This document shows, piece by piece, positions 1 to 9,306 of a stretch of DNA of 64,000 nucleotides. The position numbers were made by a program, and so were the translations under genes. This DNA comes from an uncultured virus (IMG/VR IMGVR_UViG_3300020055_000013). Its lineage: Duplodnaviria > Heunggongvirae > Uroviricota > Caudoviricetes. The notes beneath the pieces are model-generated. The model was not told the DNA's origin and did no database searches. It saw only the letters and a list, made by a program, of their open reading frames with translations. Position 1 is the stretch's first letter; each line of letters starts with the position of its first letter. Location: IMG/VR virus record IMGVR_UViG_3300020055_000013; one strand, given 5' to 3'.

Positions 1-72
1 GTAAAGTTTGATGTTCTAGGAATTAATCTCCTAGATAAACTAATGAAAATACAGGAGATAAAGAATGGCTAA
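1..72 (+). CDS. dnaE: 3' end of DNA polymerase III alpha (DnaE) N-terminal fragment, partial at window edge
   Basis: Frame 1 reads VKFDVLGINLLDKLMKIQEIKNG* (TAA 70-72); KFDVLG matches the DnaE palm motif K(F/M)DFLGL. Too short for the ORF track. Confidence 0.85.
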   Translation, partial: VKFDVLGINLLDKLMKIQEIKNG

Positions 73-745
73 TAGGGATTATATTGTATTTGACTTTGAA
101 ACAGGATCTAGAAACCCAAACAAAACTCAGCCAACACAGATCGCCGCACTGGCTCTAGACGGTAGAAATTTGTCACTGAAAGGTACATTTAACAGCGAAA
201 TTAAGCCTATCTTAGATGACGATGAAGCTATCGCCGCTGGCGTTGATCCAATCGAAGACGGGGCTTTGAAGGTCACTGGAAAAACTAGAGAAGCGCTAGC
301 AAAAGCGCCAACCCTTAAGTCTGTGTGGAAAAAGTTCTGCTCATTTGTAGATCAGTACAACTGGAAGAAAGATCCGTTCTTCAATCCAATACCAGTAGGT
401 TATAATATTGTTGGTTTTGATTTGCCGATTATTAATAGATTATGCAAGGAGTTTGGGCCTTGGGACTCTACCAGAGAACAGCAGAAGATATTTAGCAAAG
501 TATATAAAGTAGATCTTATGGATAATGTTTTCTTGTGGACTGAGGGTGATCCTAGCGTTAAATCAATTAGCATGGATTCTTTACGTGAACGCATGGGGCT
601 ATCTTCAGAAAATGCTCACGACGCACTGCAAGACGTTAAGGATACTGCTAACATATTCATAAAGCTGTTGAAAACACATAGGGCTGTTTACCAAAACATT
701 GAATTTGAAAAAGCGTTTGCAAATGGAAACTTGTACGTTAAGTGA
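65..745 (+). CDS. DEDDh 3'-5' exonuclease (DnaQ/epsilon-like proofreader)
   Basis: ExoI YIVFDFETG, ExoII GYNIVGFDLPII, ExoIII AHDALQDV; start overlaps the dnaE-N stop region; AGGAG upstream. Confidence 0.9.
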   Translation: MANRDYIVFDFETGSRNPNKTQPTQIAALALDGRNLSLKGTFNSEIKPILDDDEAIAAGVDPIEDGALKVTGKTREALAKAPTLKSVWKKFCSFVDQYNWKKDPFFNPIPVGYNIVGFDLPIINRLCKEFGPWDSTREQQKIFSKVYKVDLMDNVFLWTEGDPSVKSISMDSLRERMGLSSENAHDALQDVKDTANIFIKLLKTHRAVYQNIEFEKAFANGNLYVK

Positions 746-755
746 GGTATTAACA

Positions 756-1211
756 ATGAAACAATTGCAACTGTTTGAAGACAATATTAGCTCTAATATT
801 ATAGATAGAGAAGTTGTTGATATTAGTAAAATTGATATGATTTTTATTGGTGACAAAGAAATGCATAGAAAATCAAATATCATGATTGAAAAACTAAAAT
901 CTATAGAAGAAGGTAAGTATTACATTTATAAAAACAGAGGTAATTTGCCTTATGTTACTGGTACAAAGGGGCAAAAATTATCTATTAGTACAACTAGAAA
1001 TCAATATCCATGCGTTGGTGTCGGCGGGGTTGTTGTTGCGATGCACAGGCTTGTTGCGTTAGCTTTCATAGAAAATGATAACACAACAACAAAACTAGAA
1101 GTAGACCATATTAACGATGACAAGTCTGATTACAGCGTAGAAAACTTGCAGTGGGTAACTAACGGTTTTAATAGCAAGAAAGCGCAGAAGAAAAAGAAGA
1201 ATGCAATATAA
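756..1211 (+). CDS. Free-standing HNH homing endonuclease-like protein
   Basis: MHRLVALAFI...EVDHINDDKSDYSVENLQWVT...N is the typical phage HNH_3 pattern; likely start ATG 756 after GAGG (track start 699). Confidence 0.85.
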   Translation: MKQLQLFEDNISSNIIDREVVDISKIDMIFIGDKEMHRKSNIMIEKLKSIEEGKYYIYKNRGNLPYVTGTKGQKLSISTTRNQYPCVGVGGVVVAMHRLVALAFIENDNTTTKLEVDHINDDKSDYSVENLQWVTNGFNSKKAQKKKKNAI

Positions 1212-2760
1212 CGACAAGAAAACTTGGCAACTGTTTGCAGAGGGTAAAACTAAGGGTGTCTTTCAGCTAGAAAGTAATCTTGGTAAATCGTGGTCAAAGA
1301 AACTTGCTCCAAATAACATTGAAGAACTTTCCGCACTGATCGCCATTATTAGGCCGGGATGCCTCAAGGCTTATGTTGATGGTAAGTCTATGACACAGCA
1401 TTTCATTGACCGTAAACATGGTCGTGAAGAAGTAACATATTTACACGAAGCGTTAGAAGAAATACTAGCCCCAACCTACGGCGTTCTGGTTTATCAGGAA
1501 CAGTCTATGCGTATCGCCCAAAAGATCGCTGGATTTGATCTACAGGAGGCTGATGAGCTTCGTAAGGCCATTGGTAAAAAGAAGGCTGACCTGATGGCAA
1601 AGGTTAAGAAAAAGTTTATAGCTGGAGCTAAAAAGACCAAAATTGTAACAAAAGAAGAAGCAGAACAAATCTTTGGATGGATTCAGGCATCTTCACGTTA
1701 CGCCTTTAACAAGTCTCACAGTATATCATACGCCGTGTGTTCATACTGGAGTGCGTACCAGAAAGCACACAATCCAGAAGAATTCTTTCTATCTTACTTA
1801 TATTACGCCAATGAAAAACAAGACCCGCATCAGGAAATATATGAATTAATTTCAGAGGCAAAGCTGTTCAGCATTCAAGCCAGAACACCAAGCGTGGCTA
1901 ATTACCAAGACAAGTTCAATGCTAAGGATGGCAAAATCTATTTTGGAATCAAAGATATTAAATCACTTACAGGCAAAACTGGTGATAATGTAGTACTTAC
2001 CATCAAAGAGATCGAAGAAGAGTATAATAAGCCTATATCTAAATTCACTTGGATAGAAATATTATTGTTCTTTGGTTCAAAAGTAAGCTCAACTGCGTTC
2101 AAAGCCTTGGCGTCTATAGGATTTTTTAGGGACTTTGATGGTTCTGTAAGTAGAAATAAAGCACTGTATGACTACGATATATACAGGAGTTTGACTAAGG
2201 CAGAGCAAACTTGGCTTCATAAAAACTATTCAGATAAGAAGTGGAAAGATTTAACCAAAGCCTTGGTGGACTTAGCACCAACAAAGAAAGAAGGTGGCGG
2301 TACTAGCAAGGTTGAGCGTAAGCAGCTAGTAGAAAATGAAATACAATTACTACAAAACCCACCGTATGATTTAACTGATGATGCGAGTTGGATTATTGAT
2401 CAGGAAACAAGATTCTTGGGCTGTCCTGTAACGATGACAAAGGTTGAAATCGCAGACACTTCTGCCGCCAATACAACTTGTAAAGAAATCGTGGACGGGA
2501 AAAAGGGTAAGGACTTGTGCATAGCTGGTAATATCCAGAGACTATCTGACTATAAGATAACCAAGGGAGATTCAAAGGGTCAGCTAATGTCATTTCTAAC
2601 AATAGAAGATGATACATGTGTGCTAGATAGCGTGATAGTATTCCCAAGCGTTAAAAGAAAATACAAATATATATTGTATGAAGGTAATAATCTAATATTC
2701 TGCGGATCTGTCAATAAGCATGACACATCTTTTATAGTAGACAAAATTCACGAAATTTAG
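1201..2760 (+). CDS. dnaE: DNA polymerase III alpha (DnaE) C-terminal fragment (fingers, HhH region, OB fold)
   Basis: GVFQLES, IRPG, TYGVLVYQEQ, ADELRKAIGKKK, YAFNKSH, OB-fold MSFLTIEDDT; lacks PHP and palm catalytic motifs. Confidence 0.93.
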   Translation: MQYNDKKTWQLFAEGKTKGVFQLESNLGKSWSKKLAPNNIEELSALIAIIRPGCLKAYVDGKSMTQHFIDRKHGREEVTYLHEALEEILAPTYGVLVYQEQSMRIAQKIAGFDLQEADELRKAIGKKKADLMAKVKKKFIAGAKKTKIVTKEEAEQIFGWIQASSRYAFNKSHSISYAVCSYWSAYQKAHNPEEFFLSYLYYANEKQDPHQEIYELISEAKLFSIQARTPSVANYQDKFNAKDGKIYFGIKDIKSLTGKTGDNVVLTIKEIEEEYNKPISKFTWIEILLFFGSKVSSTAFKALASIGFFRDFDGSVSRNKALYDYDIYRSLTKAEQTWLHKNYSDKKWKDLTKALVDLAPTKKEGGGTSKVERKQLVENEIQLLQNPPYDLTDDASWIIDQETRFLGCPVTMTKVEIADTSAANTTCKEIVDGKKGKDLCIAGNIQRLSDYKITKGDSKGQLMSFLTIEDDTCVLDSVIVFPSVKRKYKYILYEGNNLIFCGSVNKHDTSFIVDKIHEI

Positions 2761-2789
2761 TTGTTTTTTCAGACTGTACCAGCTAATAT
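2761..2789 (+). promoter_or_regulatory. Possible sigma70-like promoter upstream of ssb
   Basis: TTGTTT-17 nt-TAATAT in the intergenic gap, followed by AGGAG RBS. Confidence 0.35.
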
Positions 2790-2807
2790 ACAAAGATAGG
2801 AGAGAAT

Positions 2808-3122
2808 ATGAATAATTGTTGCTTCACTGGATATTTAGTAGATCATCCAGAGACTTCGGTGATTAATGATGTTGTTTTAGCGGAATTTACCGTAGTAGTT
2901 TATACATACAGAAAAACGAAAAGTACCGGTGAAAAAAGTAGAATTCCCACCTACTTGCACTGCGAGGCTTGGCATACGGGCGCTGAAATTATAGAAAGGC
3001 AAGCAACCAAAGGAACTAAAATAACATTTAATGCAACCGCTAAAAATATAGGTCGAGACGATGATAGCATCATATTCAGGGTGAACGAATTTGATTTATG
3101 CAACGAAGGCTTTGAGGGCTGA
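2808..3122 (+). CDS. ssb: Single-stranded DNA-binding protein (OB fold)
   Basis: MNNCCFTGYL..PE, FTVVV, YLHCEAW..GAEII....KG pattern of SSB; short, without the long C-terminal tail. Confidence 0.75.
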   Translation: MNNCCFTGYLVDHPETSVINDVVLAEFTVVVYTYRKTKSTGEKSRIPTYLHCEAWHTGAEIIERQATKGTKITFNATAKNIGRDDDSIIFRVNEFDLCNEGFEG

Positions 3123-3123
3123 C

Positions 3124-4791
3124 ATGAGAAAAAAAAGAATATTATTTTGTAGCGAAGCAACATTCCTTCAAACCGGATATGCAACTTATACAAGAGAAAT
3201 ATTGAATTATCTTCATAAAACAGGCAAATACGAAATAGCAGAACTGGCGGCTTATGGCTCTGAAGACGATCAGAGAAGTTTTCACATTCCTTGGCATTAT
3301 TACCCAGCTGCTTTGCCGAGATCTGCAAGAGAAGAAGATAGACAAAAATTTGCATCTAAAATTTCAAATCAGTTTGGTGAATTTTATTTTCATGAAACGT
3401 GCTTAGACTTTAAGCCAGATGTAGTGTGTGACATTAGAGACTTCTGGATGATGGAGTTTGTTCAAAGATCGCCCTTTAGACAATTTTTCAAATGGTGCAT
3501 CATGCCAACGGTTGATGCGTCACCGCAGGCGCACCAGTGGATAGATACTTATTCGTCTGCCGACGCTTGCTTGTCTTATTCTGATTGGTCTGGAAAGGTT
3601 CTATTAGATCAATCAGGAGGTAAAATTAATTACTTGGGTTCTGCTCCACCTTCTGCTCATCCAGCTTATTCTTCAATACTAAACAGAGAGCAATCAAGAA
3701 AAGACTTGATGATTTCAGATCAATCAATTAATATCGTTGGAACAGTAATGAGGAATCAAAGAAGGAAACTATACCCAGATTTATTTCAAGCCTTTAGAAA
3801 TATTTTAGATTCTGTAGATAATCCACAGAAGTATATGCTTTACTGTCACACTTCTTACCCAGACATGGGGTGGGATATACCATCATTGCTTCAATCATAC
3901 GGATTAGCATCAAATGTTTTATTTACATATATTTGCTCAAAAACAAACAAGCCGTTTGCCTCTTGTTTTAGGGGACCAAGAACTGTTTCACCGTTTGCTA
4001 AAAAAGCGATGGCGTATTTACCAAATGTTCAAAAGGGGTTAGAATATTACGACTTGGCAAAAATAATGAATGCTTTTGATTTATATGTACAATATGCCAA
4101 CTCTGAAGGTTTCGGCCTCCCTCAAGTAGAAGCTGCCGCTTGTGGAACTCCAGTTGCCTCCATAAATTATTCAGCAATGGAATCGGTTGTAGAACAACTT
4201 GAAGCTATACCGCTAACTGTTAAAGCTTTGTATAAAGAAATGGAAACTGGGTGTATGAGAGCAGTTCCAGACAATCAAGAAAATGCTACGATTATAAAGG
4301 AATATTTAGATAAACCCTTTTTTGAAAAAGATAGAGAAAGCTTTAAAATTAAACAAAATTTCTTAAAGCACTTCCAGTGGGATAAGAGCGGAAAAGTATG
4401 GGAACAATATTTTGACGGCATTGAAATAGCAAACGAAAAAGAAACATGGTTATCATCTCCAGATATACAGAGTCCACACGGAATGGTCCCAGAATCAAAC
4501 TTTAAAAGCAATGTGGAGAAAGTAGACTTTCTTTTTCAACATGTTTTGCACATGCCAGATAAGATAAATAATTCATACCTTTATGACAGGATGACTAGAG
4601 ATCTAGATTATGGGTTTTCAACAGCCGCCAACGGTGGGATTTATCATAATGATAGCTCAATGGTTTTGGATGGTGGAAAAAGAGCTACCGTCTTTAATTA
4701 TGAAAAAGCATATCAGGAATGCCTAAATATAAGATATGGAATAAATGAAATAGAACAACAAAGAGCAGAATGGATGGCTAGGGTAAAATGA
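3124..4791 (+). CDS. Glycosyltransferase, GT-B fold (GT4-like)
   Basis: N-terminal RILFCSE...TGYA; VGTVMRNQRRK; EGFGLPQVEAAACGTPV (E-x7-E motif). Likely start ATG 3124. Confidence 0.9.
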   Translation: MRKKRILFCSEATFLQTGYATYTREILNYLHKTGKYEIAELAAYGSEDDQRSFHIPWHYYPAALPRSAREEDRQKFASKISNQFGEFYFHETCLDFKPDVVCDIRDFWMMEFVQRSPFRQFFKWCIMPTVDASPQAHQWIDTYSSADACLSYSDWSGKVLLDQSGGKINYLGSAPPSAHPAYSSILNREQSRKDLMISDQSINIVGTVMRNQRRKLYPDLFQAFRNILDSVDNPQKYMLYCHTSYPDMGWDIPSLLQSYGLASNVLFTYICSKTNKPFASCFRGPRTVSPFAKKAMAYLPNVQKGLEYYDLAKIMNAFDLYVQYANSEGFGLPQVEAAACGTPVASINYSAMESVVEQLEAIPLTVKALYKEMETGCMRAVPDNQENATIIKEYLDKPFFEKDRESFKIKQNFLKHFQWDKSGKVWEQYFDGIEIANEKETWLSSPDIQSPHGMVPESNFKSNVEKVDFLFQHVLHMPDKINNSYLYDRMTRDLDYGFSTAANGGIYHNDSSMVLDGGKRATVFNYEKAYQECLNIRYGINEIEQQRAEWMARVK

Positions 4792-5900
4792 AAATATTAT
4801 TTATAGGACATTACAAAGAAAACAGTGGATGGTCAAGGTGTGCCATCGATATGATTAGGTCTATAGACGCAACTGGGATTGATTTAGTTTGTAAGAATAT
4901 TACACTAACAGAAGACAATAATAATACACCCAATAGAATATTGGAACTGGAAAACAATAGCCTAGAAGGTGTAACACACTGCATACAGTGCGTGTTGCCA
5001 CATCATATTGTTGGTAGTAATTTGTTTAAAAAAAATGTTTGTTATTACATGGCCGAATCAATGCACACAAAATTTAATGTGTGGCATCAGTATTTAAATC
5101 TAGTAGATGAAGTTTGGGTTCCGAACGATGATCTACTTCTAAATACAAGAAACTTCCTACGAGATACTAAAATTAAAAAGCTTCCACTAGCTTGTGATAC
5201 AGATAGATACTATAAAGATCACAAAGAATTAGACTTTTCTGCAAACAAATATAGGTATAAATTATACTTCATAGGTGATTTGAATGAAAGAAAAAATCTT
5301 GAAGGTACAATAAGGTGTTATTATAATGCATTTAATAATACTGACAATGTTGTGCTAGTTTGCAAAATCAAAAAATACGGTCTTAGTCCCAGAGAATTAG
5401 AAGCGCATTCAACTCATCTTATTAGAAAAATACAGCAAGAAATGAGGATTCATGAAAATAGCAAATATTATCCACCTGTAGTATTTATTACAGAAAGCGT
5501 TAACGACGAATTTATAGATGCTTTACATAAAACTTGCGATTGTTACATTGGTATTTCGAGAGGAGAAGCTTGGTCAATACCAGCTTTTGACGCCATGTGT
5601 TTTGGGAATCAAGTAATATGCAGCAATGAAGGTGGACCAAAAAGTTTTATTTCAGAAAGTGATTATCCAAACGCAAGACTAATAAATGGATCAATGACTA
5701 CATGCAACCAGCAGGATGGAGCTTTTAGTCATATATTTACTGGAAAAGAATTTTGGTTTGAAGCAGATCAGCTTGATGTGGTCAATGCCATGATTGAATT
5801 TAAGAATGCAGAAGCCTCGCAAGTTGATACGAAACAAATAAGCAATCAATATAGCTATAAATCAATAGGCAATTACATTACGGAGCTATTAAATGAATAA
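4788..5900 (+). CDS. Glycosyltransferase, GT-B fold (GT4-like)
   Basis: MKILFIG...SGW, DEVWVP, FIGDLNERKN, SRGEAWSIPAFDAMCFG. Confidence 0.85.
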   Translation: MKILFIGHYKENSGWSRCAIDMIRSIDATGIDLVCKNITLTEDNNNTPNRILELENNSLEGVTHCIQCVLPHHIVGSNLFKKNVCYYMAESMHTKFNVWHQYLNLVDEVWVPNDDLLLNTRNFLRDTKIKKLPLACDTDRYYKDHKELDFSANKYRYKLYFIGDLNERKNLEGTIRCYYNAFNNTDNVVLVCKIKKYGLSPRELEAHSTHLIRKIQQEMRIHENSKYYPPVVFITESVNDEFIDALHKTCDCYIGISRGEAWSIPAFDAMCFGNQVICSNEGGPKSFISESDYPNARLINGSMTTCNQQDGAFSHIFTGKEFWFEADQLDVVNAMIEFKNAEASQVDTKQISNQYSYKSIGNYITELLNE

Positions 5901-6390
5901 TTCTACCAGTTGGTTTAAGCAGTGTGCTGAAGATAATTATATAGACATATTGTATGGACCAAACAAAAACGTTGGAAATATAAGCAAGATTGCCAAGGGG
6001 GAAAACCTAAGAGTTTTTTCAAGCCAAAAAATTTCTGATCAAAGTAATTTTTTCGTATTAGAAAACATATCTTTATTGAAAACTTTTCTATATGATTTTA
6101 TAGTTATTGAAAGTAGATTAAATCCCAATTGCAATTCTTACATTTCAATCAGTCAAACTTTTGATATACCAATAATCTTTATAGAAGATGTAGCGTCATA
6201 CATGAAACTAAACGGTAGAATGCAGAAAGTATTAAATAGTGTAAATTGTTTCGCATCTTTATTTTTGAATCAGGAAGATTATGGTCATTGGACTACATCT
6301 ATAGAAAGACAAAATATGTCTTTCTTGTTAGACGATAGCGACGAAGAATATCTATATAAACTATGTACCACTTTAATGAAGGCAAAGTAA
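5893..6390 (+). CDS. Hypothetical protein (possibly GT-B N-domain-like fragment)
   Basis: Coupled ORF with GGAG RBS in GT cluster; YDFIVI...FDIPIIFIE alpha/beta pattern. Confidence 0.5.
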   Translation: MNNSTSWFKQCAEDNYIDILYGPNKNVGNISKIAKGENLRVFSSQKISDQSNFFVLENISLLKTFLYDFIVIESRLNPNCNSYISISQTFDIPIIFIEDVASYMKLNGRMQKVLNSVNCFASLFLNQEDYGHWTTSIERQNMSFLLDDSDEEYLYKLCTTLMKAK

Positions 6391-6813
6391 ATGAAAATAC
6401 AAATTTTACACAATGATAATCAAAAAATATCAGGATATGAATCGATTAATATTAACAATCCAAACATATCAGAAATTTTAAGCCAAATAACTCCTGCTTG
6501 CTGTACTTCGATTGTAATTAATGAGTCCCTTAACTACACAAAGGATAACTCATCAAATAATATACTTCAAGATATAATGTCTAAGCTGAGAAAAAACGGT
6601 GAAATCAAAGTATCTATTTTAGACTTTGAGAACTGGGCTGTCGAATATCTAAAAAATACAAGTATATTGTCTATCATCAATGATTGTTTACCAGACGTTC
6701 AACGTATAGTAGACAAAAATTCTATCATTGAAGCAGCCAATGTGTTCGGCATTTCGTTCTACTCAATTAAGAAAAAAAATTCAATGATAATATTTGAGGG
6801 TATTCGAAATTGA
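6391..6813 (+). CDS. Hypothetical protein, degenerate class I SAM methyltransferase-like
   Basis: SIVINESLNY...ILQDIMSKLRKNGEIKVSILD resembles post-motif II 'l..i.r.LkpgG.l.i..pd'; no clear GxGxG motif I. Confidence 0.45.
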   Translation: MKIQILHNDNQKISGYESININNPNISEILSQITPACCTSIVINESLNYTKDNSSNNILQDIMSKLRKNGEIKVSILDFENWAVEYLKNTSILSIINDCLPDVQRIVDKNSIIEAANVFGISFYSIKKKNSMIIFEGIRN

Positions 6814-7523
6814 ATAAAAAAATTATCAAACCAAAGAAATCTAAAACAAAGCACAAGGAATTTGTAAGCATAATATTGCTTCATGATCATGTATTGAGAT
6901 CAAAACACAAATTACCAATGGGGTTGATAGATATAAACAGAAATAAGAAATTACTGACACACCAAATTGAGATAATAGAAAAACAGTTTCAAAACTTTGA
7001 AATAATCATATCATCAAATAATTGTACCAAAGAAATGTTTGATCTGTTAAAAAGAAAACACAGTAAGATAAAAATCAGAGTGGTGGAAACGCCAAATAAA
7101 GAAGAAATAAATTCTTGGGAAACAGTTAGACTATGTTTGAACAATATTATGAACGACAAAGTGATGATTATAGATGGCGCTTTGTTTTTCAAAGAAAACA
7201 TATTTAAGGGACTTAACTTTAATAAGAATTTTGCAATACTTTCGCCTGAAGACAAGAGCGAAAACTTAAGAGTTTCAGCAAATGTCGGCAAAAACAAGTC
7301 AATAGAATTTTTTTGCTTCGGCGCTAGTAAAAGCTGGACTGAAATAGTTTTCTTTAGGGGAGAAGAAGCCCTGAAGGATCTTAGAAACGTCCTAAACTCT
7401 TGTGAAACTAAAAAAAAGTTTTTCTTTGAAGCAATAAATAAGATTATTTCTAGACATAAAATATACGAAACAATACATAGATCCAAGATAATCAAACTAA
7501 AAATGAATAGCTCTGGAGTTTAA
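6810..7523 (+). CDS. Nucleotidyltransferase-like protein (LicC/NTP_transferase, GT-A-like fold), degenerate
   Basis: SIILL...KLPMGLIDIN..KLLTHQIEII, EIIIS, V.TP....NSWETVRL, VMIIDGALFF follow the family layout but LAAGxGxR and GD are altered. Confidence 0.55.
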   Translation: MNKKIIKPKKSKTKHKEFVSIILLHDHVLRSKHKLPMGLIDINRNKKLLTHQIEIIEKQFQNFEIIISSNNCTKEMFDLLKRKHSKIKIRVVETPNKEEINSWETVRLCLNNIMNDKVMIIDGALFFKENIFKGLNFNKNFAILSPEDKSENLRVSANVGKNKSIEFFCFGASKSWTEIVFFRGEEALKDLRNVLNSCETKKKFFFEAINKIISRHKIYETIHRSKIIKLKMNSSGV

Positions 7524-7524
7524 T

Positions 7525-8403
7525 ATGAAAATTTTAATAGATAATTACTCAACACCATTTGATAAGAGTACACAGTCTTTGTCGTTTAGTAAACTCTTGA
7601 GTAATCAGGATGAACATACTTGTTTAGTAAATGATTTTTCTAAAAATATTTTTGATTTATTTGACGAATATACTCCAGATATTTATATCACATCAATTAA
7701 TACTATAACTACCCATTCCTTACAATACATCGTAGAGTCAAGAAAGGAAATTCAACTATTAATTAATGTAGATAATTCTAAGTACGCATACATGAAGCAA
7801 GCCGTAGAAATCCTAAAAGAAAATAAAATCAAGGCGATATTTTTTGGAGAAAATATTAACGGCTGTTTGGCTAGAGAAAAAACAATAAAGATAATTGGGG
7901 CTTTAGATGAATTTTTGGATGTAAAAAAGATTGATTTTAGCAACAATATAAACTATCTTGTATTGTGCAGCAACGTGGAGCAGATTGAAAAAGAAATGGG
8001 AGATATATCTAAGAAGCAAAATATTACATTCCATGTTGCCGCTCAAGGTGTTAAAGCTGACTTTACAAACGATATTCAATTAATAAAATCTATAGCTCAT
8101 AATTATGACTCAATAATATTTTCTGATTTAAGCCCTTGTTTGTCTCAGTGTTTTTTTGAGTGCCTTGGTTTATCTAGAAGTATTTCTGCCGTATCACACG
8201 AAAGCGAAAATATTAATACAACAATTTCTAAGATAATGAAAAAAGATTTACATATTTGTCATGACGATTTAATTACAGCGATAAATAATCCCACTCTGAT
8301 TACCGATGATGTAAAACAAACAGTCCGTGACAAACACACTTATTCTTCAAGATTAAAAACTATTTTATCACAAACTAAGGGTGGTATAGTTCATCATGCT
8401 TAA
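7525..8403 (+). CDS. Glycosyltransferase-like protein (CgeB/Glyco_trans_1_2-like)
   Basis: PDIYI near N-terminus, FFECLG, and C-terminal VRDKHTYSSRLKTIL (HTY..R...IL). Confidence 0.55.
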   Translation: MKILIDNYSTPFDKSTQSLSFSKLLSNQDEHTCLVNDFSKNIFDLFDEYTPDIYITSINTITTHSLQYIVESRKEIQLLINVDNSKYAYMKQAVEILKENKIKAIFFGENINGCLAREKTIKIIGALDEFLDVKKIDFSNNINYLVLCSNVEQIEKEMGDISKKQNITFHVAAQGVKADFTNDIQLIKSIAHNYDSIIFSDLSPCLSQCFFECLGLSRSISAVSHESENINTTISKIMKKDLHICHDDLITAINNPTLITDDVKQTVRDKHTYSSRLKTILSQTKGGIVHHA

Positions 8404-9172
8404 CGAACAAAAAATAAATGTAGTCATGCACCTGTGGTACGAAGAAACTTCATTGTTTCTTATTGACAAATTATCAAAGGTTTGGAGTGGAGAGGTACAC
8501 GTATCTTTAATACGTGGATCTGAATCAAATGAAACACTTATAAGCAAAATGAAGGAAAAGTTTGCAGAAGTTCACGCCTATGAATTAAGTCAAAACTTTG
8601 GAAATGATCAAATAGGGTTCTGGAAAATTTTGAGAAAAATCAAAAATAAAAAACAGTGGACTCTTTATTTACACGATAAGCACCCTGACAAAATTGAATG
8701 GATTAATGATATAGTAGATCCTCTTATAAACAACGCAAAGATAATTAACAAGATGATCGAAGAGGACAATGACTTTGGGGAAAGTAAATACGGCATTATT
8801 TCTTCTGGACATAAACAAAGAATGGTAAAGATTTTAACTGAAAGCTGTTTAGTAGAAATAGACAAAAACACACCAAAAGAAGATAAGCTAGAAATAGTAT
8901 TAAGTAGACAAACATTAGTGTGGCTGAGAGAATTACAGTATATATTGTACAATGAATACGGGCTAATAGAGAAGGAGCAATTAAATTTTTACTTTACTTC
9001 TGGAACAATGTTTTTAATAAACACAGAAGTTGCAGAAATGGCACACGCTTGTATATGTGAAAACTTCTTTCCAGAATGCTACAGGAAAGACGGAGATGTA
9101 ACACATGCTCTAGAAAGATTTTATTATTACGTTTCTTTGTGTTCTGGTAGAAAAAACGAGTTCATAACATGA
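8396..9172 (+). CDS. Rhamnan synthesis F (RgpF)-like glycosyltransferase
   Basis: VVMHLWYEE, NFGND, LYLHDK, FTSGTMF, DGDVTHALERF match RgpF-family motifs. Confidence 0.75.
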   Translation: MLNEQKINVVMHLWYEETSLFLIDKLSKVWSGEVHVSLIRGSESNETLISKMKEKFAEVHAYELSQNFGNDQIGFWKILRKIKNKKQWTLYLHDKHPDKIEWINDIVDPLINNAKIINKMIEEDNDFGESKYGIISSGHKQRMVKILTESCLVEIDKNTPKEDKLEIVLSRQTLVWLRELQYILYNEYGLIEKEQLNFYFTSGTMFLINTEVAEMAHACICENFFPECYRKDGDVTHALERFYYYVSLCSGRKNEFIT

Positions 9173-9296
9173 TAAAATTAAATAAAGAAGAAGTTGGAAC
9201 AAATCTTACCAGAAAGACGGAACAGTTTTTCATGGATTAGAAAGATTTTATTATTACGCTTCAGAGCGATTAGGAAAGCAAAACAAATTTATTTAG
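9169..9296 (+). pseudogene. Remnant of a second RgpF-like gene with large internal deletion
   Basis: Coupled ATG 9169 (MIKLNKEEVG...) joined out of frame to 9201-9296 encoding KSYQKDGTVFHGLERFYYYASERLGKQNKFI*, paralogous to the preceding gene's C-terminus CYRKDGDVTHALERFYYYVSLCSGRKNEFIT*. Confidence 0.75.
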
Positions 9297-9306
9297 AGGT
9301 AAAATT

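Noticed and set aside
1..1260. Split intein or group I intron in dnaE
   Set aside because: No Cys/Ser-start or His-Asn-end intein blocks at the junctions, and intervening DNA is fully coding with no room for an evident intron core; only RT-PCR can exclude it fully.
9070..9296. DGR template/variable repeat pair
   Set aside because: Mismatches are not restricted to adenines and no reverse transcriptase is in the window; fits a paralog remnant.
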